Of a stretch of 64,000 nt of DNA, positions 43,411-53,095 are shown piece after piece. Positions within the stretch are counted from its first letter, which is position 1. Every line of letters starts with the position of its first letter. The DNA comes from Burkholderiaceae bacterium. GTDB lineage: Bacteria; Pseudomonadota; Gammaproteobacteria; Burkholderiales; Burkholderiaceae_C. Made by a program: the position numbers and the translations under genes. The stretch covers positions 437 to 64,436 of the forward strand of contig DATJYZ010000098.1 in the NCBI GenBank assembly GCA_035499355.1, given 5' to 3'. Under the pieces are notes generated by a model. That model worked only from the letters and a program-made list of their open reading frames with translations. It did no database searches and was not told where the DNA came from.

Positions 43411-44601
43411 ATGACGGCACGCCGAGAGTTCATGCGCACGATGTTGAGCAGCGCCGCGTTGGCGCCGTGGAGCCAGCTCAGCCTGGCCGGCCAGGGGCGC
43501 GGCGACGACGCCCGCTTCTTGCTGCTCATCCTGCGCGGTGGCCTCGATGGCCTGACGGCGGTGCCGTTGCCCGGCGACTCGCAATTCGTCGCGGCACGCG
43601 GGCCGCTGGCTCAGCTGCCTGCCGCCGCGTTGCCACTGGATGGCCCGTTCGCGCTGCACCCGTGGCTGATTGAGATGCACGCCATGTACCGGCGCCAGGA
43701 ACTGTTGGTGGTGCACGCCACCGGCCTGCCGTATCGCGAACGCTCGCACTTCGACGCGCAGCAGTTGCTCGAATCCGGCGGCACGCGCCCGCACGAGCTG
43801 GCCACCGGCTGGCTCGGTCGCGCGCTGGCCGCCAATGGCCGCAAGGGCATGGCGCTGCAGACCGCGGTGCCGCTGGTGATGCGCGGACCGGGCGAGATCG
43901 ACACCTGGGCGCCATCGGCGCTGCCCGATCCGTCGGTGGACCTGGTTCTTCGCGTGCAGCGGCTGTACCGGAACGATCCTGCCCTCGCGCAGGCCCTCGA
44001 GCGCGCCCGCGCGTTGCGGGCCGATCCGGCCATGGGCGACGCCGTCGAGGCCAACGCGATGGGCGGCGGCAGCGCCCGGGCGCAGGCCGTGTCGCTGGCA
44101 CGTCGCGCCGGTGAGTTCCTGTCACTGCCCGAGGGCCCGCAGGCCGCGGTGCTCGAGATCGGCGGCTGGGACAGCCACGCCAATCAGGCACTGCCGCAGG
44201 GCGCGCTATCCAACAACCTCAAGTTGCTGGACGAGACGCTGGCCGCGCTGCGCGAGTCGCTGAGCGGCACGCGGCCGGCATGGTCGCGCACGATGGTGCT
44301 GGTGGTCACCGAGTTCGGCCGCGAGGTCGCTGTCAACGGCACGCAAGGCACCGACCACGGCACCGGCGGCGTGGCGTTCGTACTCGGCGGTGCCGTGCGC
44401 GGCGGCCGCGTGCTCGCCGACTGGCCGGGGCTGGCGTCGAAGGACCGTTTCGAAGGCCGCGACCTGCGCATCACCACCGACCTGCGCGCGCTGATCAAGA
44501 CCGCGCTGACCGACCACCTGCGCATCGCACGCACGACGATCGACGCCTCAGTGCTGCCCGGCGCCGCCAGCGTACGGACGCTCGACGTGCTGCGCGCGTG
44601 A
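43411..44601 (+). CDS. DUF1501 family protein (Tat-exported, sulfatase/phosphatase-like fold)
   Basis: The twin-arginine signal is MTARREFMRTMLSSAALA. ...GGWDSHANQ... and ...TEFGREV..NG..GTDHG.. are DUF1501-like. The gene starts 8 nt after the DUF1800 gene. Confidence 0.75.
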   Translation: MTARREFMRTMLSSAALAPWSQLSLAGQGRGDDARFLLLILRGGLDGLTAVPLPGDSQFVAARGPLAQLPAAALPLDGPFALHPWLIEMHAMYRRQELLVVHATGLPYRERSHFDAQQLLESGGTRPHELATGWLGRALAANGRKGMALQTAVPLVMRGPGEIDTWAPSALPDPSVDLVLRVQRLYRNDPALAQALERARALRADPAMGDAVEANAMGGGSARAQAVSLARRAGEFLSLPEGPQAAVLEIGGWDSHANQALPQGALSNNLKLLDETLAALRESLSGTRPAWSRTMVLVVTEFGREVAVNGTQGTDHGTGGVAFVLGGAVRGGRVLADWPGLASKDRFEGRDLRITTDLRALIKTALTDHLRIARTTIDASVLPGAASVRTLDVLRA

Positions 44602-44605
44602 CGCG

Positions 44606-45868
44606 CTAGCGCCGGTTCATCAGGCGCACGATGCGCTCGGCCATGCGCCGCGCGGCGCCCTTGTGCAACTCCGCGAAGGCCAACGCACGCTGGGCCCATT
44701 GCGCGCGCTGCGGGTCGCGCGCCAGCGCGAACGCACGCGCCACACCCTCGTCGATGTCCGCCACACGCAGCGCGGCGCGCTCGCCCAGCGCGCCGACGGC
44801 GGCCTGTTCGAAATTGAACGTGTGCGGGCCCATCACCACCGGACAACCGCAGGCCGCGGCCTCGATCAGGTTTTGCCCGCCGAGCGGCGCGAAGCTGCCG
44901 CCGAGCAACGCCACGTCGGCCGCGGCGTAGTACAGCGGCATCTCGCCCATCGAGTCGCCGAGCCAGACGTCGCTGGCCGCGCACCCGGCCGGCGGCTCGT
45001 CGCCCCATTGACTGCGTCGCGCCAGCGTCAGGCCCGCGGCGTGGACCAACTGCGCCACCTCGTCGAAGCGCTGCGGATGCCGCGGCACCAGCAGCAGCAA
45101 CGGACGGGGCGCGGCCTGTGCGCGCCAGGCGGCGAGCAGCGGCGCCTCTTCACCCTCGCGGCTGCTCGCCATCAGCACCACCTCGCGCGCCAGCGCGCGC
45201 CGCCATTCGTGGCCGCGAGCCACCAGCGCGGGGTCTGGCGTCATGTCGAACTTCAGGTTGCCGTACACCTCGACGTCGCGTGCGCCGGCTTCGCGCATGC
45301 GCAGCGCATCGTCGTGCGACTGCGCGAGCACCAGGCTGAGCTCGGCGGCCGCGGGCTCCATCAGGGCCGACAGGCGCCGGCCCTTGCGCGCGCTGCGCTC
45401 GCTCAGCCGCGCGTTGGCGAGCACCATCGGTACGCCCTGCAAGGTCGCCTGGTGGATCAGGTTGGGCCAGACCTCGGTCTCCATCAGCACGCCGATCGCA
45501 GGCTGATGTCGCCGCAGGAAGCGGCGCACCGCGCCCGGCGTGTCGTACGGCAGCCAGCACTGATGATCACCCTCGCGCAACCACGCGCGACCCGCCTCGC
45601 GGCCGGTGGCGGTGCCATGCGTCAGCAGCAGGTGCACACCAAGACGCGCTGCGCGCAACGCATCGATCAGCGCGCCGGCCGCGCGCGTCTCGCCGAGCGA
45701 CACCGCGTGCAGCCAGACTGCCCCGGGCTCGGTGTGCGCGCCCAGGCCCAGGCGCTCACGCCACGCCAGGCGATAGCCCGGCTCGCGCCGACCGCGCCAC
45801 CACAGCCGCACGAACACCAGCGGCAGCGCCAGACGCAGCGCGAAGGCGTAGAGGGTGCGAGCGATCAA
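44606..45868 (-). CDS. waaA: 3-deoxy-D-manno-octulosonic acid (Kdo) transferase
   Basis: WLHAVSLGE, ETEVWPN and ...GGSF.PLGGQN.. motifs are present. TTG is the only in-frame start, and the N-terminus aligns with E. coli WaaA. Confidence 0.88.
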   Translation of the reverse strand: MIARTLYAFALRLALPLVFVRLWWRGRREPGYRLAWRERLGLGAHTEPGAVWLHAVSLGETRAAGALIDALRAARLGVHLLLTHGTATGREAGRAWLREGDHQCWLPYDTPGAVRRFLRRHQPAIGVLMETEVWPNLIHQATLQGVPMVLANARLSERSARKGRRLSALMEPAAAELSLVLAQSHDDALRMREAGARDVEVYGNLKFDMTPDPALVARGHEWRRALAREVVLMASSREGEEAPLLAAWRAQAAPRPLLLLVPRHPQRFDEVAQLVHAAGLTLARRSQWGDEPPAGCAASDVWLGDSMGEMPLYYAAADVALLGGSFAPLGGQNLIEAAACGCPVVMGPHTFNFEQAAVGALGERAALRVADIDEGVARAFALARDPQRAQWAQRALAFAELHKGAARRMAERIVRLMNRR

Positions 45869-45885
45869 ACCAGGCCCTTCAAGCG

Positions 45886-45970
45886 GACACCACGGATCCG
45901 GCTCCCTCCGGTTCTTCGGAGTCCTCCCCTCGCGAGCGAGGCGGCCGCCAAGCCGCCCCGGGAGCGGCGG
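45886..45970. repeat. REP-like element, copy B (reverse orientation relative to copy A)
   Basis: Its reverse complement carries the identical 16-mer GCGGCTTGGCGGCCGC (45941..45956) and the 3' terminus GAGCCGGATCCGTGGTGTC, matching copy A. Confidence 0.55.
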
Positions 45971-45974
45971 GCCA

Positions 45975-47366
45975 TCAATGGGCCGCGGCCGCGACCTGCG
46001 CGTCGGGCTTCACCGCGCGCAGCGCCGTCATGAACGCATGCTGGATGCGCTCGAGCGCCTGCGGCGTGTGACCCTCGAAGCGCAGCACCAGCACCGGCGT
46101 GGTGTTGGACGCGCGAACCAGGCCGAAGCCGTCGTCGTAGTCGGCGCGCAGGCCGTCAATCGTCGTCAGCTCGCGCGCACCGTCGAAGCGCGCCTGTGCG
46201 CGCAGCGCGTCGATCACGCGCGGCGGCTCGCCCTCGGCGCACGGCACGTTGAGCTCCGGCGTGCTGAACGACGTCGGCAGTGCGTTGAGCACTGCGCTCG
46301 GGTCGGGCCCTCGCGACAGGATCTCGAGCATGCGTGCCGCCGTGTACATCGCATCGTCGAAGCCGTACCAGCGCTCGTTGAAGAAGATGTGGCCGCTCAT
46401 CTCGCCGGCCAGCGGCGCGCCCTCTTCCCTCAGCTTGGCCTTCATCAGCGAGTGCCCGGTCTTCCACATCAGCGGCACGCCGCCGGCGGCGCGGATGTCG
46501 GTGCCCAGGCGCTGGCTGCACTTGACGTCGTAGATGATCGACGCGCCGGGGTTGCGCGCGAGCACGTCGCGCGCCAGCAGCATCAGCTGGCGGTCGGGAA
46601 AGATCACCTGGCCGTCGCGCGTCACCACGCCGAGGCGGTCGCCGTCGCCGTCGAACGCCAGGCCGAGCTCGGCCTCGGTGGCGTGCACGACCTTGATCAG
46701 GTCGGCCAGGTTCTCGAGTTTGCTCGGATCGGGATGGTGATTCGGAAAGTCGCCGTCGACGCGCGAGTACAGGTCGATCACCTCGTGGCCGAGCGCGCGC
46801 AGGATGCCCGGCGCCGAGGCGCCGGGGATGCCGTTGCCCGAGTCGACGACGATGCGCATGCGCCGCGCCTGCCTGCAGTCGTTGACGATGCGCCGCGTGT
46901 ATTCACCGAGGATCGTCATGTTGCCGAGGCGGCCGACTCCCTTCGCATACTCCTCGCGCTGCATGCGCTCGCGCAGGCGCTGGATGTCGTTGCCGTAGAT
47001 GGCGCGGCCTGCCAGCACCATCTTGAAGCCGTTGTAGTCCTTGGGGTTGTGGCTGCCGGTGACCTGGATGCCGGAGTGGCAGCCATGCCTGCCACGCGTG
47101 GCGGCCACGTAGTACAGCATCGGTGTGGTGACGGCACCGAGGTCGACGACATCGAGCCCGGTCGACACCAGGCCGCGCGCCAGCGCGGCCAGCAGCTTGG
47201 GCCCCGACACCCGCCCGTCGCGGCCCACCGCGATCGCCTTCTCGCCCGCGGCCACGGCCTCGCTGCCGAACGCGCGCCCCAGGTGTTCGGCGAACATCTC
47301 GTCGATCGTCTGCCCGACGACGCCGCGGATGTCGTAGGCCTTGAACACACTGGATGCTGGATTCAT
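45975..47366 (-). CDS. phosphomannomutase/phosphoglucomutase
   Basis: From MNPASSVFKAYDIRG. The active site is TGSHNPKDYNG, the Mg site is FDGDGDR, and GEMSGH is present. 463 aa. Confidence 0.92.
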   Translation of the reverse strand: MNPASSVFKAYDIRGVVGQTIDEMFAEHLGRAFGSEAVAAGEKAIAVGRDGRVSGPKLLAALARGLVSTGLDVVDLGAVTTPMLYYVAATRGRHGCHSGIQVTGSHNPKDYNGFKMVLAGRAIYGNDIQRLRERMQREEYAKGVGRLGNMTILGEYTRRIVNDCRQARRMRIVVDSGNGIPGASAPGILRALGHEVIDLYSRVDGDFPNHHPDPSKLENLADLIKVVHATEAELGLAFDGDGDRLGVVTRDGQVIFPDRQLMLLARDVLARNPGASIIYDVKCSQRLGTDIRAAGGVPLMWKTGHSLMKAKLREEGAPLAGEMSGHIFFNERWYGFDDAMYTAARMLEILSRGPDPSAVLNALPTSFSTPELNVPCAEGEPPRVIDALRAQARFDGARELTTIDGLRADYDDGFGLVRASNTTPVLVLRFEGHTPQALERIQHAFMTALRAVKPDAQVAAAAH

Positions 47367-47510
47367 GCGCGCTGCCTGCACTGCGAAACGGGCGATTGTA
47401 GGCAGCGCGCTCGTCGCGGCCGCGCATACCGCTTCGAGGGCGCGCGGGGGGCTCGAGGCACGAGTCCGAAAACGGCGAGTAGGCGCCCGCGTGCGGCCTA
47501 TCATCCGCCC

Positions 47511-48971
47511 ATGACCCTGCACGACGACGCTGCCTACCGCGCCATCAGCACGCACGACGCGCGCTTCGACGGCCGCCTGTTCGTCGGCGTGACGACCACG
47601 CGCGTCTATTGCCGACCGGTGTGCCGGGTGCGCCTGCCGCGGCGCGAGAACTGCCGCTTCTTCAGCAACGCGGCGCTCGCCGAGTCGCATGGCTTCCGCC
47701 CCTGCCTGCGCTGCCGCCCCGAGCTCGCGCCCGGCCTGTCGCTGATGGATTCGTCGGAGGCCCTGGCGCAGCAGGCGGCGCGCACGATCGAGCAGGCCGC
47801 GCACGACGGGCAGACACTCTCGATGCCGCGCCTGGCGCAGCGCCTGGGCGTCACCGATCGCCACCTGCGGCGCATTTTCCAGCAGCACGTGGGCGTGGCG
47901 CCGATCGACTACCTGACGACGCAGCGCCTGTTGCTGGCCAAGCAGTTGCTGACCGACACCACGATGCCGGTGACGCAGGTGGCGCTGGCCAGCGGCTTCG
48001 CCAGCCTGCGCCGCTTCAATGCCGCCTTCGCCGAGCGCTATCGCATGAACCCGAGCGCTTTGCGGCGCGCGCGCGATGACGACGATGCGCAGCGCGCGGC
48101 GTCGACCACGCTGCGGCTGCGCCTGGCCTATCGGCCGCCGTACCAGCACGACGCGGTGCTGCGCTTCTTCGCGGCACGCGCGCTTGCGGGCATCGAGGCC
48201 GTCGACGCGCACGGCATGCGCCGGACGGTCGCGCTGCCTCACCGTGGACGCGTGCTGAAGGGCTGGCTGGCGTGGCGCTTCGCGCCGCAGCGCCACGAGA
48301 TCGAACTCGCGCTCGCGCCCGACCTGGCGCCGCTGACCGGAGCGCTGGTGCAGCGCACCCGCCAGGCGCTCGACCTCGACGCCGACCCGACGCGCATCGA
48401 CGCGGTGCTGGCCGCGATGCCGGTGGCGCCGCGCCCCGGCATTCGCCTGCCCGGCTCGTTCGATGGCTTCGAGACCGCTGCGCGTGTGGTGCTCGGTCAG
48501 CAGGTCACCGTCAAGGCCGCCCGCACCCTGACGTTGCGCCTGGTCGAGCGCTTCGGCGAGGCATTGAGCACGCCGTTCGACGACCTGAATCGTTTGTTCC
48601 CATCGGCCGATGCCATCGCGCACGCAGACCCCGACGCGATCGGCAGCCTGGGCATCGTGCGCCAGCGCGTCGGCGCGCTGCAGGCACTCGCGCGCGCGGT
48701 CTGCGACGGTTCGCTCGAACTGCACCGCGCCGCGCCGCTGCAAGAGACGCTGCAACGCCTGCAGGCGCTGCCCGGCATCGGGCAGTGGTCGGCGCAGGTG
48801 ATCGCGATGCGTGTGCTGTCGTGGCCCGACGCCTTTCCGGCCAGCGACATCGGCGTGCTCAATGCGCTGGGTACCCGCGACGTCGCAGCTGCTGCGGCGC
48901 AGGCACGAGCGTGGCAACCCTGGCGCAGCTATGCCGTGATGCGGCTGTGGCAGACCTTGGAGGACGCATGA
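47511..48971 (+). CDS. Ada-N (methylphosphotriester Zn domain)-AraC HTH-AlkA (DNA-3-methyladenine glycosylase II) fusion
   Basis: The N-terminus has YCRPVC...PCLRC Cys4. The AraC HTH includes ...VALASGFASLRRFNAAF. The C-terminal HhH-GPD part includes ...LQALPGIGQWSAQ. Confidence 0.82.
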   Translation: MTLHDDAAYRAISTHDARFDGRLFVGVTTTRVYCRPVCRVRLPRRENCRFFSNAALAESHGFRPCLRCRPELAPGLSLMDSSEALAQQAARTIEQAAHDGQTLSMPRLAQRLGVTDRHLRRIFQQHVGVAPIDYLTTQRLLLAKQLLTDTTMPVTQVALASGFASLRRFNAAFAERYRMNPSALRRARDDDDAQRAASTTLRLRLAYRPPYQHDAVLRFFAARALAGIEAVDAHGMRRTVALPHRGRVLKGWLAWRFAPQRHEIELALAPDLAPLTGALVQRTRQALDLDADPTRIDAVLAAMPVAPRPGIRLPGSFDGFETAARVVLGQQVTVKAARTLTLRLVERFGEALSTPFDDLNRLFPSADAIAHADPDAIGSLGIVRQRVGALQALARAVCDGSLELHRAAPLQETLQRLQALPGIGQWSAQVIAMRVLSWPDAFPASDIGVLNALGTRDVAAAAAQARAWQPWRSYAVMRLWQTLEDA

Positions 48972-49480
48972 TGACGACGATCGACACCTCGCGCCTGGTG
49001 GCGCAAACCCGCCTGCAATCGCCGGTCGGCCCGCTGACTCTGGCGGCGACCGACAAGGGCCTGGCGTTCCTGCTGTTCGACGAGCCGGTGCACTACGACA
49101 CCGAGCTCGACGTTCCGGTCGACGCGTCGCAGCGCTGGCTGGCCGCGGCCGCCGACGAACTCGACACCTATTGGGGTGGCCGCTGCCCACTGCGCTTCAA
49201 GGTGCCGCTCGACCTGCTGGGCACATCGTTCCAGCGCGCGGTGTGGCGGGCTTTGCTCGACGTGCCGCCGGGGCACACCAGCACCTACGGTGCGATCGCG
49301 CGCCAGGTCGGCGCGCCACAGGCGTCGCGCGCCGCCGGCGCAGCGATCGGCCGCAACCCGGTGGCGATCATCGTGCCGTGCCACCGCATCGTCGGCAGCG
49401 ACGGCTCGCTCACCGGCTTTGCCGGTGGCCTGCCCCGCAAGGAGGCGTTGCTGCAACACGAGGGCGCGCTGCTGGCGTGA
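48968..49480 (+). CDS. ogt: methylated-DNA-[protein]-cysteine S-methyltransferase
   Basis: The active site is IIVPCHRIV. The ATG overlaps the upstream stop (ATGATGA). Confidence 0.9.
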   Translation: MMTTIDTSRLVAQTRLQSPVGPLTLAATDKGLAFLLFDEPVHYDTELDVPVDASQRWLAAAADELDTYWGGRCPLRFKVPLDLLGTSFQRAVWRALLDVPPGHTSTYGAIARQVGAPQASRAAGAAIGRNPVAIIVPCHRIVGSDGSLTGFAGGLPRKEALLQHEGALLA

Positions 49481-49495
49481 CGATGAGCCGCCACG

Positions 49496-49548
49496 CTCCC
49501 TTCGCTCGCTGCCCCCCGGGGGGCCGCTCGCTCGGCTTGGGAGCGGCA
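49496..49548. repeat. GC-rich palindromic element related to the REP-like family (copy C, rearranged)
   Basis: It has a perfect 14-nt palindrome GCCCCCCGGGGGGC (49511..49524), followed by the hairpin CCGCTC-N11-GAGCGG containing CGGCTTGG. This resembles the copy A modules but in a different order. Confidence 0.35.
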
Positions 49549-49562
49549 CGGCGTCGGTCGGC

Positions 49563-50462
49563 ATGAAGTCGCGCGACGTCGCCGACCTGCTGCTGCTCGC
49601 TGCCCTCTGGGGCGCGTCATTCCTGTTCATCCGCCTTGGCGCAGCGGAGTTCGGGCCGGTGCCGTTGGCCGCCCTGCGCTGCCTCGGGGCAGCGCTGTTC
49701 CTGCTGCCGATCCTGTTGTGGCGCGGCCAGGGCGCTGCGCTCAAGACACGCTGGCGCGGCGTCGCCTGGGTCGGGATCGTCAACTCGGCGGTCCCTTTTT
49801 CGCTGTACGGGGTCGCGCTGCTGGCGATCAACGCCGGGCTGTCGGCGATCTTCAACGCCGCCACGCCGCTGTGGGCGGCAGCCATCGGTGCCGTCTGGCT
49901 GCGCGAGCGGCTCGGGCTCACGCGCGTGCTCGGACTGCTGATCGGCCTGGCCGGTGTCGCGGGGCTGGCCTGGGACAAGGCGGCCTTCACCGCCAACGAG
50001 CACGGCGTCAGCGCGGCGCTGGCGATCGGGGCCTGCCTGCTCGCCACCGCGTTCTATGGCTACGCCGGCAACTTCACGAAGAAGCACCTGGCCGGCTTGC
50101 CGTCGATGGCGCTGGCCGCCGGCAGCCAGCTGTCGGCTGCCATCGTGCTGGCGGTGCCGGCGTGGCTGCAGCGTCCGGCAGCGCCACCGAGCGCGCGTGC
50201 CTGGATCGCCCTGGTGCTGCTGGCCGTGCTGTGCACCGGGGTCGCCTACATCCTGTACTTCCGCTTGATCGCTCGCACCGGACCCACCAACGCCGCCGCC
50301 GTGACGTTTCTGATCCCGGTGTTCGCGGCGGCGTTCGGCTGGCTGTTGCTCGGCGAAACGGTCACGGTGTCGATGATGATCGGCGGCGCCGTCATTCTGG
50401 TCGGCACTGCACTGGCGATGGGACTGTGGCCACGCCCGGTGCCAGCCGCGCAGCGCGCCTAG
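49563..50462 (+). CDS. EamA/DMT family transporter
   Basis: 299 aa with about 10 hydrophobic segments arranged as two EamA-like halves. Confidence 0.82.
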   Translation: MKSRDVADLLLLAALWGASFLFIRLGAAEFGPVPLAALRCLGAALFLLPILLWRGQGAALKTRWRGVAWVGIVNSAVPFSLYGVALLAINAGLSAIFNAATPLWAAAIGAVWLRERLGLTRVLGLLIGLAGVAGLAWDKAAFTANEHGVSAALAIGACLLATAFYGYAGNFTKKHLAGLPSMALAAGSQLSAAIVLAVPAWLQRPAAPPSARAWIALVLLAVLCTGVAYILYFRLIARTGPTNAAAVTFLIPVFAAAFGWLLLGETVTVSMMIGGAVILVGTALAMGLWPRPVPAAQRA

Positions 50463-51646
50463 CGCAGCAGCTGCAGAGCGCGATCGAGATCGGCGATCAG
50501 GTCGTCGGCAGCCTCGAGTCCGATCGAGAAGCGCACCAGGTGGCCGTCGACGCGGCCCGCGTCGCCACGCATCGCCCGCAGGTCGTACGGCACCGCGAGG
50601 CTGACGGGGCCGGCCCACGAGTAGCCGAGCTTGAACAGCTTCAGCGCGTCGCAGAACGCGTCAACGCGCTCGGTTGGCAAGGCCGCGTCGAGCACGATCG
50701 AGAACAGGCCCGCGGCGTCGCGGCAATGGCTGGCCCAGTGCTCGTGGCCCGGCGCATCCGCCAGCGCCGGGTGCAGTACGCGGCGCACCGCGGGCTGCGT
50801 CTTGAGCCACGACGCCACGCGCCGCGCCGACGCGTCGTGCGCACGGTAGCGCACCTCGAGCGTCGGCAGTGAACGCAGCACCAGCTCGGCGTCGTTGGCG
50901 GCCACGCCGACGCCCAGCCGCATGTGCGCCAACAGCAGCTTCTCGTGCAGCGCGGCGTCGCGGGTGACGACCGAGCCCATCAACACGTCGGCACCGCCGG
51001 ATGGGTACTTGGTGAGCGCGTGCATCGACAGATCGACTGCCGCGCCTTCGCCGAGCTCGAATGGCTTCAGCGCGATGCCGGCGCCCCAGGTGTTGTCGAG
51101 CGCGCTAAGCACGCCAGCCTGTCGCGCTGCGCGCGCCAGTGCGCGCAGGTCAGGGAACTCCATGGTGATCGACCCCGGTGCCTCCAGCCAGACCAGGCGC
51201 GTGCGCTCGCCGAGCATCGCCTTGAAACCGGCCACGTCCATCGGGTCGTACAGGCGGTACGCGATGCCCCATTCGGTCAGCAGCGTGCGCGCCATCTCGC
51301 GCGACGGCCCGTACACGTTGGTCGGCAGCAGCACCTCGTCGCCGCGGCGCAGCAGCGCCACGTTGGTCATCGCGATCGCTGCCAGCCCGCTCGGTGCGAG
51401 CGCGCAGTGCTTGCCACCTTCGAGCGTGGCCAGGCGCTCCTCGAGCGTGAACGTGGTGGGCGTGCCATGCAGGCCATAGGTGTAGCCGGACTTGTGGCGC
51501 CAGTCGCGCGCGCGCAAAGCGGCGACGTTGGGGAAGATCACCGTCGACGCCTTGTGCACGCCCACCGGGACGGCACCGAAGCCCGATGGCGGCTGGTAGT
51601 CGTGATGGATCAGCGCGGTCGACAGCGGAGTGATCGGTTCGGTCAT
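50459..51646 (-). CDS. metC: cystathionine beta-lyase
   Basis: 395 aa, collinear with E. coli MetC as I recall it (LEAPGSITMEF, DNTWGAG, the HALTKY PLP-Lys region, and the tail SIGLEAADDLIADLD). Confidence 0.85.
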   Translation of the reverse strand: MTEPITPLSTALIHHDYQPPSGFGAVPVGVHKASTVIFPNVAALRARDWRHKSGYTYGLHGTPTTFTLEERLATLEGGKHCALAPSGLAAIAMTNVALLRRGDEVLLPTNVYGPSREMARTLLTEWGIAYRLYDPMDVAGFKAMLGERTRLVWLEAPGSITMEFPDLRALARAARQAGVLSALDNTWGAGIALKPFELGEGAAVDLSMHALTKYPSGGADVLMGSVVTRDAALHEKLLLAHMRLGVGVAANDAELVLRSLPTLEVRYRAHDASARRVASWLKTQPAVRRVLHPALADAPGHEHWASHCRDAAGLFSIVLDAALPTERVDAFCDALKLFKLGYSWAGPVSLAVPYDLRAMRGDAGRVDGHLVRFSIGLEAADDLIADLDRALQLLR

Positions 51647-51656
51647 GGTCGTGGCG

Positions 51657-53045
51657 TCAGATCGGCTCGGCGATCAGGTCGTGTCCGTCGGCAGCGACCA
51701 CGCGCGCGCGAACGAATTCGCCCACCTGGATGCGCGTGGAGGCCTTGGTCGGCGGCAACAGCTTCACGGTGCCGTCGATCTCGGGCGCGTCGGCGTAGCT
51801 GCGGCCCGCTGCGCCTCTGCGCCCGAGCGCCGGCGCTTGGTCCACCAGCACCTGCAGCGTCGAGCCGACGCGCCGCGCGAGCCGTTGCGCAGACACCGCT
51901 TCGGCCACCGCCATCACGCGCGCCCGCCGCTCTTCGCGCAGCGCATCGGGCAGCGCGCCGGGCAGCTCGTTGGCCGCAGCCCCCGCGACCGGCGAGTAGG
52001 CAAAGCACCCGGCGCGATCGATCTCGGCCTCGCGCAGGAACTGCAGCAGGTGTTCGTGTTCCTCGTCGGTCTCGCCGGGAAAGCCGGCGATGAAGGTCGA
52101 GCGCACGACCAGTTGTGGACAGGCACGGCGCCAGGCCTCGATGCGCTCCAGGTTGTGCTCGCCGCTGGCCGGTCGCTTCATGCGCTTGAGCACCGCCGGG
52201 TGCGAATGCTGGAACGGCACGTCGAGGTAGGGCAACACGCGCCCGCTGGCCAGCAGCGGCAGCAGCTCGTCGACATGGGGGTACGGATACACGTAGTGCA
52301 GCCGAACCCACGCGCCGTGCGGCTCGGCCAGCATCGCGAGCTGCTCGCACAGCTCGTGCATGCGCGTGCGCACCGGGCGGCCGTCGAAGAAGCCGGTGCG
52401 GTACTTGACGTCGACGCCATAGGCACTGGTGTCCTGGCTGACGACCAGCAACTCGCGCACGCCGGCATCGAACAGCGCGCGCGCCTCGGCCAGCACGTCG
52501 CCAACCGGGCGCGACACCAGGTTGCCGCGCATCGACGGGATGATGCAGAACGTGCAGCGATGGTTGCAGCCTTCGCTGATCTTCAGGTAGGCATAGTGTC
52601 TCGGCGTCAGCTTCACGCCGTGCGGCGGCACCAGGTCGACGAACGGGTCGTGCGGCTTCGGCACGTGGGCGTGCACCGCATCCATCACCTCCTGCGTGGC
52701 ATGCGGTCCGGTGACTGCGAGCACCTTCGGATGCACCTGGCGCACCAGGTTGCCGCCGCCCTCGCCCGCCTTGGCGCCGAGGCAGCCGGTGACGATGACC
52801 CGGCCGTTGGCCGACAGCGCCTCGCCGATCGTGTCTAGGCTCTCCTGCACCGCGGCGTCGATGAAGCCGCAGGTGTTGACGATCACCAGGTCGGCGCCCT
52901 CGAAGGTCTTGCTGGTGCGATAGCCCTCGGCCGCCAGGCGCGTGAGGATCAGCTCGGAGTCGGTGAGCGCCTTCGGACAGCCGAGCGACACGAACCCCAC
53001 GGTGGGCGAAGGCACAGGCCGCGCGGCGTCTTCAGTGACGGACAT
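51657..53045 (-). CDS. rimO: ribosomal protein S12 methylthiotransferase
   Basis: From MSVTED.... UPF0004 ([12 protein letters not shown]), radical [11 protein letters not shown], and a C-terminal TRAM domain are present. Confidence 0.92.
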   Translation of the reverse strand: MSVTEDAARPVPSPTVGFVSLGCPKALTDSELILTRLAAEGYRTSKTFEGADLVIVNTCGFIDAAVQESLDTIGEALSANGRVIVTGCLGAKAGEGGGNLVRQVHPKVLAVTGPHATQEVMDAVHAHVPKPHDPFVDLVPPHGVKLTPRHYAYLKISEGCNHRCTFCIIPSMRGNLVSRPVGDVLAEARALFDAGVRELLVVSQDTSAYGVDVKYRTGFFDGRPVRTRMHELCEQLAMLAEPHGAWVRLHYVYPYPHVDELLPLLASGRVLPYLDVPFQHSHPAVLKRMKRPASGEHNLERIEAWRRACPQLVVRSTFIAGFPGETDEEHEHLLQFLREAEIDRAGCFAYSPVAGAAANELPGALPDALREERRARVMAVAEAVSAQRLARRVGSTLQVLVDQAPALGRRGAAGRSYADAPEIDGTVKLLPPTKASTRIQVGEFVRARVVAADGHDLIAEPI

Positions 53046-53095
53046 GCCCGATTGTCGAGCAATCCGCCGGCGGCCCCGCGGCCGGGGACAACCCG

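Noticed and set aside
45855-47510. The N-terminal part of the 1038-aa plus-strand ORF preceding the Ada-AlkA gene.
   Set aside because: It is antisense to the phosphomannomutase gene. Ada homology starts at MTLHDDAAYRAIS (ATG 47511).
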